A stretch of 64,000 nucleotides of DNA from Anaerolineales bacterium (lineage in GTDB: Bacteria > Chloroflexota > Anaerolineae > Anaerolineales > UBA11579), in assembly GCA_026129335.1 (NCBI GenBank), contig JAHCIH010000001.1:92678-156677 (forward strand), given 5' to 3'. Positions 8,584 to 15,647 of the stretch are shown here, in pieces (the stretch's first letter is position 1; every line of letters begins with the position of its first letter). The position numbers were made by a program, and so were the translations under genes. The notes below the pieces were generated by a model, which saw only the letters and a program-made list of their open reading frames with translations, was not told the DNA's origin and made no database searches.

Positions 8584-10044
8584 TTAGGGGTTGGCCGGCC
8601 CTGTACGGAAGATGTCCGGGTTCTGCGGGCCCTCCGCGTGGAGGATGCCGACCAGGCCGCGCTCCAGGCGGCTGAGGGCGTGGTCCACCAGCACGTAGTG
8701 GCCGGGCACGTTCAAGGTGAACTCCACCATCACTGCGCCACCGGGCGGCACCGAGATGGTCTGCACATCGGTGAGCGGCGGGCTGGTCAGCGAACCGAAG
8801 GCATAAGCCCGGTCGAAGATCTCGCCGATGACGTGGAAGGAGCTGGTGAAGTTGGGGCCGCCCACGCCGAGGAAGATGCGCACGCTTTCGCCCACGTTGG
8901 CCGAGAGCCAGTTCTCTTCCGTGGCCAGCGCGCCGGCCGCGCCGTTGAAGACGAAGTACTCCGGCCGCTCGATGGACATCTTCTCGTGGCTGAAGCTGAG
9001 CAGGCCGGGCGTGCCGAAGGGCTCGGTGGTGTAGATCTCGCCCTGCATCACGTAGAACTCGCGGTCCACCGGGGGCAGGCCGCCGGTCGGCTCGATGAGG
9101 ATCAGCCCATACATACCGCTGGCGATGTGGTGCGGCACGCTGGGCGTGGCGCAGTGGTAGACGTAGATGCCGGGGTTAAGCGCCTGGAAGGTGAATACTT
9201 TGGTTTCGCCTGGGCCGACCTGGGTGACCTCGCCGCCGCCCCCAGGGCCGGTGGCAGCGTGCAGGTCCACCGAGTGGGTGAAGGCGCTGTCGGTCTCATT
9301 GCGCAGGGTGATCTCCACCGTGTCGCCCACCCGGGCGCGGATGAAGGGGCCGGGTACGGTGCCGTTGAAGGTGAAGTAGGGATAGGCGGTGCCGCCGGCC
9401 AGTTGGCCGATGACCTCCTGGGCGACCAACTCGGCCTGCACCAATTGCGGGCCGCGGCCGCCCACCGGAGCGGGCAAGTCGGCGGGGTGCTTGATGATGC
9501 TGACCGCGTCCGCCGCGGCGGCGCTGCCCGCGCCGACCTGGATGGTGCCGAACATGCCGGCGGCGCGGTGGCCGATGATGCTGCAGTAGTACTCGAAGCT
9601 GCCTTCCGCGTCAGCCAGGAAAGTGACCGTGATGCGCTCTTCCATCTGGCGCACCGAGCCGCTGTGCACGCCGAATTCGTCAATCACGAAGTCGTGCTCC
9701 GCCGGCTGACCGTTGATGATCGTGATCTGGACTATATCCCCGGGTTGCACCACCAGCAGCGGGTTGGCCTGGCCGTCGATCTCACCACCCACCCCGCGGA
9801 AGACGAGGTTGTGGCCCTCGGAGTCGGTACGCAGGGTGAACTCGACGGTGGGCTCGCCCAGGTCTTCGCCGCTGTGGCTTGGGCCGGGGCTGTGGACGGG
9901 CTCGTCTCCGCTCAGCGCATCCACGCGGTCGACCAGCGCATCCAGCGTGGGCTGCATCTCGGCCAGTTGGGTGGACTCAAGGCAGGCAACTGTGGAAAGC
10001 GCTAATACGGTGAGGATGGTCAATAAGATATGCAATCGCTTCAT
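8584..10044 (-). CDS. nirK: copper-containing nitrite reductase NirK with an N-terminal fused cupredoxin domain and signal peptide
   Basis: Core NirK motifs are present: FNGTVPGP, HSVDLHAATG, YVYHCATPSVPHHIASGMYG. The extra N-terminal domain carries type-1 Cu ligands (HDFVIDE ... YYCSIIGHRAAGM). The hydrophobic signal sequence ends in TVAC. Confidence 0.9.
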   Translation of the reverse strand: MKRLHILLTILTVLALSTVACLESTQLAEMQPTLDALVDRVDALSGDEPVHSPGPSHSGEDLGEPTVEFTLRTDSEGHNLVFRGVGGEIDGQANPLLVVQPGDIVQITIINGQPAEHDFVIDEFGVHSGSVRQMEERITVTFLADAEGSFEYYCSIIGHRAAGMFGTIQVGAGSAAAADAVSIIKHPADLPAPVGGRGPQLVQAELVAQEVIGQLAGGTAYPYFTFNGTVPGPFIRARVGDTVEITLRNETDSAFTHSVDLHAATGPGGGGEVTQVGPGETKVFTFQALNPGIYVYHCATPSVPHHIASGMYGLILIEPTGGLPPVDREFYVMQGEIYTTEPFGTPGLLSFSHEKMSIERPEYFVFNGAAGALATEENWLSANVGESVRIFLGVGGPNFTSSFHVIGEIFDRAYAFGSLTSPPLTDVQTISVPPGGAVMVEFTLNVPGHYVLVDHALSRLERGLVGILHAEGPQNPDIFRTGPANP

Positions 10045-10185
10045 GGTGGCACCTCTTGGGGTCATCTTCTGACGAATCAGAAGGCGAATAGGTTGAGATG
10101 ACTCTAAGAGATGCCCGGCGCGGCGCTTATTGATAGGTGTCTCTTAAAAATAGGGGCAATTGTCCCGAGCGGAGATGTCCGGAAA

Positions 10186-10506
10186 ATGCTACTTCGCGCG
10201 CCAGGACCAACGGGAAAGCGTATACTTGCCTGTGTGGACCTGATTTTCAAAGCCCTTGCCGACCCTACGCGCAGGAAGATCCTGGATGAACTTTCCGAGA
10301 ACGACGGGCAAACATTGTTTGAATTGTGCCAACGGCTGGTCGTGATCCACCAGATCGGCTCGACGCGGCAGGCCATATCGCAGCACCTCGCCATCCTTGA
10401 GGAGGCTGAGCTGGTGCGGGTAAAGCGCAAGGGCCGCTACAAGTTCCACTACATCAACATCGCCCCATTGCAGGCCATCGGACAGCGGTGGACCGGAAAG
10501 AAATAA
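10186..10506 (+). CDS. ArsR/SmtB family transcriptional regulator
   Basis: FKALADPTRRKILDEL ... RQAISQHLAILEEAELV is the canonical ArsR winged-HTH pattern. The start is uncertain (ATG 10186 or the internal GTG). It is divergent from nirK. Confidence 0.8.
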   Translation: MLLRAPGPTGKRILACVDLIFKALADPTRRKILDELSENDGQTLFELCQRLVVIHQIGSTRQAISQHLAILEEAELVRVKRKGRYKFHYINIAPLQAIGQRWTGKK

Positions 10507-10516
10507 GGGAGACGTC

Positions 10517-10915
10517 ATGCGCATCTATATCAGCAGCATCCCCATTGGCAACTACGACAAGGCCCTGACTTTTTATACGGAAGTGCTTGGATTTGTGAAG
10601 AAGCGCGACAATGAAATGGCCCACGGCATCCGCTTCATCACCCTGGTTTCTCCCGAGGATCCGGATGGCCCGGAGCTGTTGCTGGAGCCGAACGCCAACT
10701 ACCGCGGCATCAAGGCGCTGCGCGACGCGCTGGCTGAGGACGGCATCCCGATCACTTCGTTTGCCGTGGAGGATGTGCAGAAGGAGTACGAGCGCTTGCA
10801 GGCGCTGGGCGTAAAGTTCACGCAGAAGCCAATGAGCGCCGGCGGCTGGAAGTCCGCGGTGTTCGATGACACCAACGGCAATCTGATCGAGATTGCCGAG
10901 GTGCCGGAACCCTGA
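10517..10915 (+). CDS. VOC (glyoxalase/bleomycin resistance/dioxygenase) family protein
   Basis: 132 aa with a typical VOC pattern (ALTFYTEVLGF ... FDDTNGNLIEI). Confidence 0.8.
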   Translation: MRIYISSIPIGNYDKALTFYTEVLGFVKKRDNEMAHGIRFITLVSPEDPDGPELLLEPNANYRGIKALRDALAEDGIPITSFAVEDVQKEYERLQALGVKFTQKPMSAGGWKSAVFDDTNGNLIEIAEVPEP

Positions 10916-10922
10916 GAGATAC

Positions 10923-10957
10923 AAAAAGAGGCCACTGAACGGTGGCCTCTTTTTTTG
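10923..10957. terminator. bidirectional rho-independent terminator
   Basis: Reads AAAAAGAGGCCAC-TGAACG-GTGGCCTCTTTTTTT, with an A-run before and a T-run after the stem, between convergent genes. Confidence 0.85.
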
Positions 10958-10975
10958 AGCTCGACAATACTGGTT

Positions 10976-11386
10976 TTAGGCGCGTACACTGACCATCCAA
11001 TGGGTGCCGAACTTGTCAGTCAGCATGCCCAACTCCTGTCCCCAGACTTGCTTCTCGAAGGGCATCATCACGCTGCCGCCAGCGGCCAATTTCTCGAAGA
11101 AGGTGGCCAGCTTTGCGCTGTCCGTGCCGGTCAGGGTGACGCGCATGTTGTCACCAAAGGTGGTAGTGCTGCCGGGCACGGTGTCGCTGGCGAACAACGA
11201 CATGAAGTCATTGTCGAGCGCGGCATGCATCACCTTCTGCTGGTCGGCCTCAGGCATACCTTCGTATAGAGCACCGAAGGTGTTGATGATCAGTTCGCCG
11301 CCGAAGGTCTCTTTATAAAATTCCATTGCCTGGCGGCAGGCGCCGTCAAAGGTCAGGTAGGGGAGCAACTGCAGTTCTTTTGTCAC
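10976..11386 (-). CDS. VOC superfamily protein, PhnB/YjdN-like
   Basis: LLPYLTFDGACRQAMEFYKETFGG ... DKFGTHWMV is the PhnB-like signature. I prefer the GTG at 11386 (AAGGAG RBS 6 nt upstream) over the TTG at 11407 used by the track. Confidence 0.75.
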   Translation of the reverse strand: MTKELQLLPYLTFDGACRQAMEFYKETFGGELIINTFGALYEGMPEADQQKVMHAALDNDFMSLFASDTVPGSTTTFGDNMRVTLTGTDSAKLATFFEKLAAGGSVMMPFEKQVWGQELGMLTDKFGTHWMVSVRA

Positions 11387-11480
11387 GGTAATCTCCTTGT
11401 TAGGCAAGTATCTACTTGCCTAATATAACATTGCCGCCGCTCCATGTAAAGCAAGGGCCGGAGATATTCTCCGGCCTCTA

Positions 11481-11527
11481 GATTGCTTCGTCGGCCCTGG
11501 CTACGCCGGGCCTCCTCGCAATGACGG
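11481..11527. repeat. dispersed intergenic repeat, family 2 (CCGTCATTGCGAGGAG ... GACGAAGCAATC), reverse orientation
   Basis: The reverse complement reads CCGTCATTGCGAGGAGGCCCGGCGTAGCCAGGGCCGACGAAGCAATC. Its termini are the same as the copy at 20391..20457. Confidence 0.75.
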
Positions 11528-11536
11528 TAGGCGGGG

Positions 11537-13339
11537 CTAGTCGCCTTTGGCGATGTCGGCCCCGGCGCGGGCGATGAACTCGGCCACGGGCATGGCGCCG
11601 AGGTCTTCGCCAGATCGTAGGCGCAAGGCCACGGCGCCGGCTTCCATCTCTTTGTCGCCCATCACCAGCATGTAGGGCACCTTCTGTGCCTGGGCATCGC
11701 GGATTTTGGCGCTCATCCGGTCGCTGCCAGCGTTGACCTCGACGCGCAGGCCGGCGGCGCGCAGCCCCTCGGCGACGCTTTCGGCGTAGTCATTGTGCCG
11801 GTCGGCGATGGGGATGAGCACCGCCTGCACTGGGGCCAGCCAGACGGGGAAGGCGCCGGCGAAGTGCTCGATGATCGTGGCCATGAACCGCTCAGTGGTG
11901 CCGGTGACGGCGCGGTGCAGCAGCACCGGCGTGTGCTCCTGGTTGTCCTCACCGATGTAGGTGAGGCCCAGGCGGGCCGGCTGGATGAAGTCCACCTGGA
12001 TGGTGGAGAGCTGCCACTCGCGGCCGAGCACGTCTTTGGCGATGAAGTCCGCCTTGGGGCCGTAGAAGGCGGCTTCGCCCTCGGCTTCCCAGTAGTCCAC
12101 CTGGTTCTTGTCCAGCGCGGCGCGCAGGGCGGCCTCGGCCAAATCCCACTTCTCAGGGTCATCCACGTACTTGCCTTCTTCGCCGCGCAGCGAGAGGCGC
12201 ACCGAGTAGTCGGAGAACTTGTAGCGGTCGAGCACTTCGCGGATGAGCTCTAGCGCCAGGGTGAATTCGCTTTCGATCTGGTCAGGCGTGCAGAAGACAT
12301 GGCAGTCGTCCTGCGTGAGGGCGCGCACCCGGGCCAGGCCGGAGAGCTCGCCGGATTTCTCGTAGCGATACAGCGTGGCAAACTCGCAGAAACGCATCGG
12401 CAGCTCGCGGTAGGAGTGCAGGCCCATCTCTTTGTACAGCGTCATGTGGCTGGGGCAGTTCATCGGCTTGAGCCGGTAGCTGACGCCCTCATCCTGCATG
12501 GGCGGGAACATCACCTCGCTGTAGTTGTCGTAGTGGCCGGACTTTTTGTAGAGGTCTTCTTTGACCAGGTGCCCGGTCCAGACGTGTTGGTAGCCGTAGC
12601 GGGTCTGTACCTCGCGTACATAGCCTTCCATCAGGTGGCGCAGCATTTCGCCCTTGGGCGTGAACAGCGGCACGCCGGGGCCGACGTCTTCGGCGAAGTG
12701 GAACAGGCCCAGCTCGCGGCCCAGTTTGCGGTGGTCGCGCTTCTTGGCTTCCTCCTGGCGCCAGAGGTAGTCTTCGAGTTGGGCGGCGTCCTCCCAGGCC
12801 GTGCCGTAGACGCGCTGCAGTTGCTTGTTCTTCTCGTCGCCGCGCCAGTAGGCGCCGGCGATGCTGAGCAGCTTGAAGGCGTCGGCCGGGACGACGGCAG
12901 TGCTGGGCACATGCGGGCCGCGGCACAGGTCGGTGAAGCTGTCGTGCGTGTAGAAGGAGATCTCGGGCTGTTCCTTGAGCGGCTCGCCGTATTCGTCCAG
13001 GCCGCCCTGCTCCAGGCCCTCGATGAGCTCCAGCTTGTAGGGCTGGCCGGCGAACTGCTCGCGGGCCAGCTCCGCCGAGACGACCTGCTTCTGGAATTTA
13101 TGGTCGGCGGCGATGATCGCGCGCATGCGCGCCTCGATGGCCGCGAAGTCGTCCGGGGTGAGCGGGCGCGGCAGGTCGAAGTCGTAGTAGAAGCCGTCCT
13201 CCACTGGCGGGCCGATGGCGACCTTGGCTTCGCCGGGGGCGAAGAGCTCGGTCACCGCCTGGGCCATGATGTGCGCCGCCGAGTGGCGGATTTTGTAGAG
13301 GTTGCTCTCTTCGTAGCGTTCGGTTTTCTTCTCTGCCAT
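11537..13339 (-). CDS. thrS: threonine--tRNA ligase (short form lacking the N-terminal TGS domain)
   Basis: The protein shows ThrRS-like editing-domain and class II catalytic-core sequence plus an anticodon-binding domain. The ATG at 13339 has a GGAGG RBS. The protein starts about 18 residues before the editing-domain RHSAAH motif. Confidence 0.92.
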   Translation of the reverse strand: MAEKKTERYEESNLYKIRHSAAHIMAQAVTELFAPGEAKVAIGPPVEDGFYYDFDLPRPLTPDDFAAIEARMRAIIAADHKFQKQVVSAELAREQFAGQPYKLELIEGLEQGGLDEYGEPLKEQPEISFYTHDSFTDLCRGPHVPSTAVVPADAFKLLSIAGAYWRGDEKNKQLQRVYGTAWEDAAQLEDYLWRQEEAKKRDHRKLGRELGLFHFAEDVGPGVPLFTPKGEMLRHLMEGYVREVQTRYGYQHVWTGHLVKEDLYKKSGHYDNYSEVMFPPMQDEGVSYRLKPMNCPSHMTLYKEMGLHSYRELPMRFCEFATLYRYEKSGELSGLARVRALTQDDCHVFCTPDQIESEFTLALELIREVLDRYKFSDYSVRLSLRGEEGKYVDDPEKWDLAEAALRAALDKNQVDYWEAEGEAAFYGPKADFIAKDVLGREWQLSTIQVDFIQPARLGLTYIGEDNQEHTPVLLHRAVTGTTERFMATIIEHFAGAFPVWLAPVQAVLIPIADRHNDYAESVAEGLRAAGLRVEVNAGSDRMSAKIRDAQAQKVPYMLVMGDKEMEAGAVALRLRSGEDLGAMPVAEFIARAGADIAKGD

Positions 13340-13344
13340 GGTTC

Positions 13345-13428
13345 CTCCAAAACTGGAAATTGGTAAGCCGTAATTGGAGAATGGCGATTGGAGCTTCGCC
13401 AATTACCAGTTACTAATTTCCAGGCTTT
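13345..13428. repeat. AT-rich imperfect long hairpin (family 4: AGTAAC / GTAATTGG motifs) inserted between the T-box terminator and the thrS RBS
   Basis: CTGGAAATTGGTAA...TTACTAATTTCCAG and GTAATTGG...CCAATTAC form nested inverted repeats. A related sequence lies at 63038..63100. Confidence 0.6.
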
Positions 13429-13431
13429 AAA

Positions 13432-13687
13432 CAAAAATCGCTTGCCCAATGTCGGGGCAAGCGTGCGCTCGCGGTTCCACCCGATTTATGCTGACCAGAG
13501 GTCGGCATATCTCTTAGCTCGGTAACGGGAGCTCCCGGTTGCCTTACTCACTTTCGTTTTCAGGCTTCTGCTCGCGGGTGGTTTTCGCCTGGCTGCTGGC
13601 TGCGGAGGCTTGCAGTCGGTGGCCTCTGCTCCCTGGTGCTGCGCTGCCTGGATACTCGTCCCGGTCGTCGCGTGGTCTGCGGTTGTG
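13432..13687 (-). promoter_or_regulatory. T-box riboswitch leader (threonine specifier ACC) with intrinsic terminator, upstream of thrS
   Basis: The minus strand carries a stem I 5-prime GA-type motif GCGACGACCGGGACGAGTA. The specifier-loop-like GCGAAA-ACC-A places the ACC codon at 13582..13580. The T-box sequence AATCGGGTGGAACCGCG lies at about 13470..13486. The terminator CGCTTGCCC-N7-GGGCAAGCG plus ATTTTTGTTT lies at 13463..13432. Confidence 0.8.
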
Positions 13688-13693
13688 GGGCTG

Positions 13694-13722
13694 ATTATAC
13701 GGCAAACGGGCGCGGGATGCAA
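13694..13722 (-). promoter_or_regulatory. sigma70-type promoter for the thrS leader
   Basis: On the minus strand, TTGCAT (13722..13717), a 17-nt spacer, then TATAAT (13699..13694). Confidence 0.7.
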
Positions 13723-13732
13723 GCGCTGCTCT

Positions 13733-13796
13733 AACCACAAAGCCACAAAGGAAATCTTTTCAAAGTTTTTCTTTGTGTCTTCGTGCCTTTGTGGTT
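13733..13796. repeat. dispersed intergenic hairpin repeat, family 1 (ACCACAAAG / GGCACAAAG motifs)
   Basis: AACCACAAAGCCACAAAGGAAA ... TTTCTTTGTGTCTTCGTGCCTTTGTGGTT. The arms are related to the copy at 15525..15595 and to the core at 4126..4149. Confidence 0.7.
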
Positions 13797-13807
13797 TGTT
13801 TTTTCTG

Positions 13808-13852
13808 TTGACAAACCCCGATTCCCTGGCTAATATATCCAACATGGATATA
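13808..13852 (+). promoter_or_regulatory. sigma70-type promoter of the PadR operon with an overlapping palindromic candidate operator
   Basis: TTGACA (13808..13813), a 17-nt spacer, then TAATAT (13831..13836). The inverted repeat TATATCCA-ACA-TGGATATA at 13834..13852 overlaps the -10 element and the expected transcription start. Confidence 0.7.
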
Positions 13853-13871
13853 TTCACAAAGGATACAGCTC

Positions 13872-14228
13872 ATGGATAAACCTGAAGATCTCCTGCCGCT
13901 GACCCCGGCGGTGTTCCACATCCTGCTGGCCTTGATGGACGAGGAGCGCCACGGCTACGGCATCATGAAAGAAGTCGAAGCGCAGACCCAGGGCGAGATG
14001 CTGCTGCGGCCCGGCACGCTGTACCAGGCAATCAAGCGCATGCTGGAGCTTGGCCTGATCGAGGAATCGGACGAACGGCCCGACCCAGCACTGGACGACG
14101 AGCGCCGGCGCTACTATCGCATCTCGGCCCTCGGCCGCAAGGCCGCCGCGGCCGAAGCGGAGCGCCTGCGCAAGCTGCTGCAGCTGGCGAGCAGCAAGCA
14201 GCTGACTGCGGCCGAGCTGCTGAGCTAA
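13872..14228 (+). CDS. PadR family transcriptional regulator
   Basis: LLALMDEERHGYGIMKEVE ... PGTLYQAIKRMLELGLIE ... RRRYYRISALG is the canonical PadR winged-helix pattern. Confidence 0.9.
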   Translation: MDKPEDLLPLTPAVFHILLALMDEERHGYGIMKEVEAQTQGEMLLRPGTLYQAIKRMLELGLIEESDERPDPALDDERRRYYRISALGRKAAAAEAERLRKLLQLASSKQLTAAELLS

Positions 14229-14235
14229 TCGCTGC

Positions 14236-14955
14236 ATGGCTGATAGCGGTGTGCTGCGAGCCTCACAAAGGCTATTTGTCCGCCTGCTGCGCTTGTACCC
14301 GCGCAGGTTCCGCGAGCAGTACGGCGAGCAGGTCGCCCTGGTGTTCCGTGACTGCAGCCGCGAGGCCCTGGAAGGAGCGGGTGTACGCGGGCTGATCAGC
14401 CTGTGGCTGGGGGCGCTGCCTGACCTGTTCAAAACCGCCATCCAGGAACATTTCCTTCAAATTGGAGAGACCGTGAGAAACCTGATTGCAAACCCGAAAT
14501 CCAGAACCCTGATCGCCTCCTTGCTCTGCCTTCCCATGGCGACCTTCTTTTTGATTGATTCACTGGGGATTGGCCTTTCCCTGCCGGCCAGCGCAGCCCC
14601 GCTGCCGATGCTGATGCTGCTCGCAGGGTTGGCGCTTTTCGGCGCGCCGCTGGGCGCGTCATTTTTATTTGGGTTCTTGGCTATTCTTCCGTTTGCGTTG
14701 ATGGAACTGGTCAACCGCAGAGACTACGGCGAAGACTTCCCCTTTGTGTTGTTTGGCAGCATGTGGTTTATGACCAGTCTGCTCTCTGCTATCCTGATCC
14801 CTTTGGTGCGCAGCCTGCGCGCCGGCAATTTTTCTGAAGCCAACCTGGCCTCGCTGGTCATCCGCGGGGTGCTGCTGGTTATGATCAGCATTGGCTTCGT
14901 CACTTTGCTGGCCGACCAGATGCCCTGTTTCCTGGGCGTGCGCCATTGCGATTAG
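14236..14955 (+). CDS. membrane protein with a PadR-associated N-terminal cytoplasmic domain (permease-prefix-like)
   Basis: The N-terminal roughly 75 aa (LRLYPRRFREQYGEQVALVFRDCSREA...LWLGALPDLFKTAIQEH) are shared with the next gene. They are followed by about 5 TM segments. Confidence 0.7.
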   Translation: MADSGVLRASQRLFVRLLRLYPRRFREQYGEQVALVFRDCSREALEGAGVRGLISLWLGALPDLFKTAIQEHFLQIGETVRNLIANPKSRTLIASLLCLPMATFFLIDSLGIGLSLPASAAPLPMLMLLAGLALFGAPLGASFLFGFLAILPFALMELVNRRDYGEDFPFVLFGSMWFMTSLLSAILIPLVRSLRAGNFSEANLASLVIRGVLLVMISIGFVTLLADQMPCFLGVRHCD

Positions 14956-14972
14956 GGGCGTGAGGGCAGCGC

Positions 14973-15506
14973 ATGCCAACCCTGCTGAAAGCCTCGCAAA
15001 AAGCCTTTGTGCTTTTGCTGCGCCTCTACCCGCGCAGGTTTCGCCAGGCATACGGCGCGGGTATGGCGCAAGTCTTCCGTGACTGCTGCCGGGAGGTGTT
15101 GAAGGAGGCCGGCATACGCGGGTTGGCCGGCCTCTGGCTGGCGGCCTTGCCGGACCTGTTCAAGACCGCCTTTGAGGAACGCGTAAAGGAGTTGCTGCAG
15201 ATGGACAAAGCCGTGTTCAAGGCGCCCAGTGCGCGCATCCCCTTTCAGATGTCGCTGCTGACCCTGGCTTGGGTGCTTGCCTATGTTGGGATCGTTGGCG
15301 TAAGCCAACAGGCGGACGAGGGCGTCCCCGCCCGCCTCTTTCAACTGCTCATGGCCGCGCAGATTCCGATCATCTCTTACTTTGCCTTCACATGGCTCCC
15401 CAAAGAGCCCTTAAAGACTGTCGTGGTCGTCCTTCTGCAGGGTACTCTTTGGTTGGCGGTGTTCCTCACGCCGCAGTGGTTCGAAACGTTCGCCCGCGCG
15501 GGCTGA
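14973..15506 (+). CDS. membrane protein, paralogous N-terminal domain to 14236..14955 with a different TM region
   Basis: The N-terminus LRLYPRRFRQAYGAGMAQVFRDCCREV...LWLAALPDLFKTAFEER is followed by about 4 TM segments. Confidence 0.7.
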   Translation: MPTLLKASQKAFVLLLRLYPRRFRQAYGAGMAQVFRDCCREVLKEAGIRGLAGLWLAALPDLFKTAFEERVKELLQMDKAVFKAPSARIPFQMSLLTLAWVLAYVGIVGVSQQADEGVPARLFQLLMAAQIPIISYFAFTWLPKEPLKTVVVVLLQGTLWLAVFLTPQWFETFARAG

Positions 15507-15524
15507 ACCCTCACAAAAAAAGCT

Positions 15525-15595
15525 ACCACAAAGACACGAAGAGCACAAAGAAGAACCTGCCTAAGGTTCTTTGTGTCCTCTGTGCCTTTGTGGTT
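15525..15595. repeat. dispersed intergenic hairpin repeat, family 1
   Basis: ACCACAAAGACACGAAGAGCACAAAGAAGAACC-TGCCTAA-GGTTCTTTGTGTCCTCTGTGCCTTTGTGGT forms a long imperfect inverted repeat. Confidence 0.75.
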
Positions 15596-15647
15596 AGTGA
15601 AACCAACACAGTAAAATAGGGCCAACCTTCGCCACAAGGAGCCAACC

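Noticed and set aside
8122-10005. 627-aa ORF on the + strand, antisense to nirK. Similar long antisense ORFs lie at 615..1385, 1619..2500, 2598..3704, 6286..7614, 12299..13366, 26635..27666, 37604..39397, 43511..45043, 45304..46263, 46949..48082, 53232..54440 and 59988..60545.
   Set aside because: These are shadow ORFs typical of high-GC DNA. Each lies opposite a gene with clear family motifs. Their translations are Arg/Ala/Gly/His-rich low-complexity sequence with no recognisable domains or RBS.
11456-11476. Hairpin GGCCGGAGA-TAT-TCTCCGGCC downstream of thrS, as its terminator.
   Set aside because: The stem is good but there is no clear U-tract on the thrS strand (CTTGCTTTACA). It is left unannotated as uncertain.
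13486-13857. 123-aa ORF (and nested ORFs 13544..13738 and 13610..13879) in the thrS-padR intergenic region.
   Set aside because: The region is explained by the T-box leader, two promoters and a family-1 repeat. The translations are low complexity and lack an RBS.
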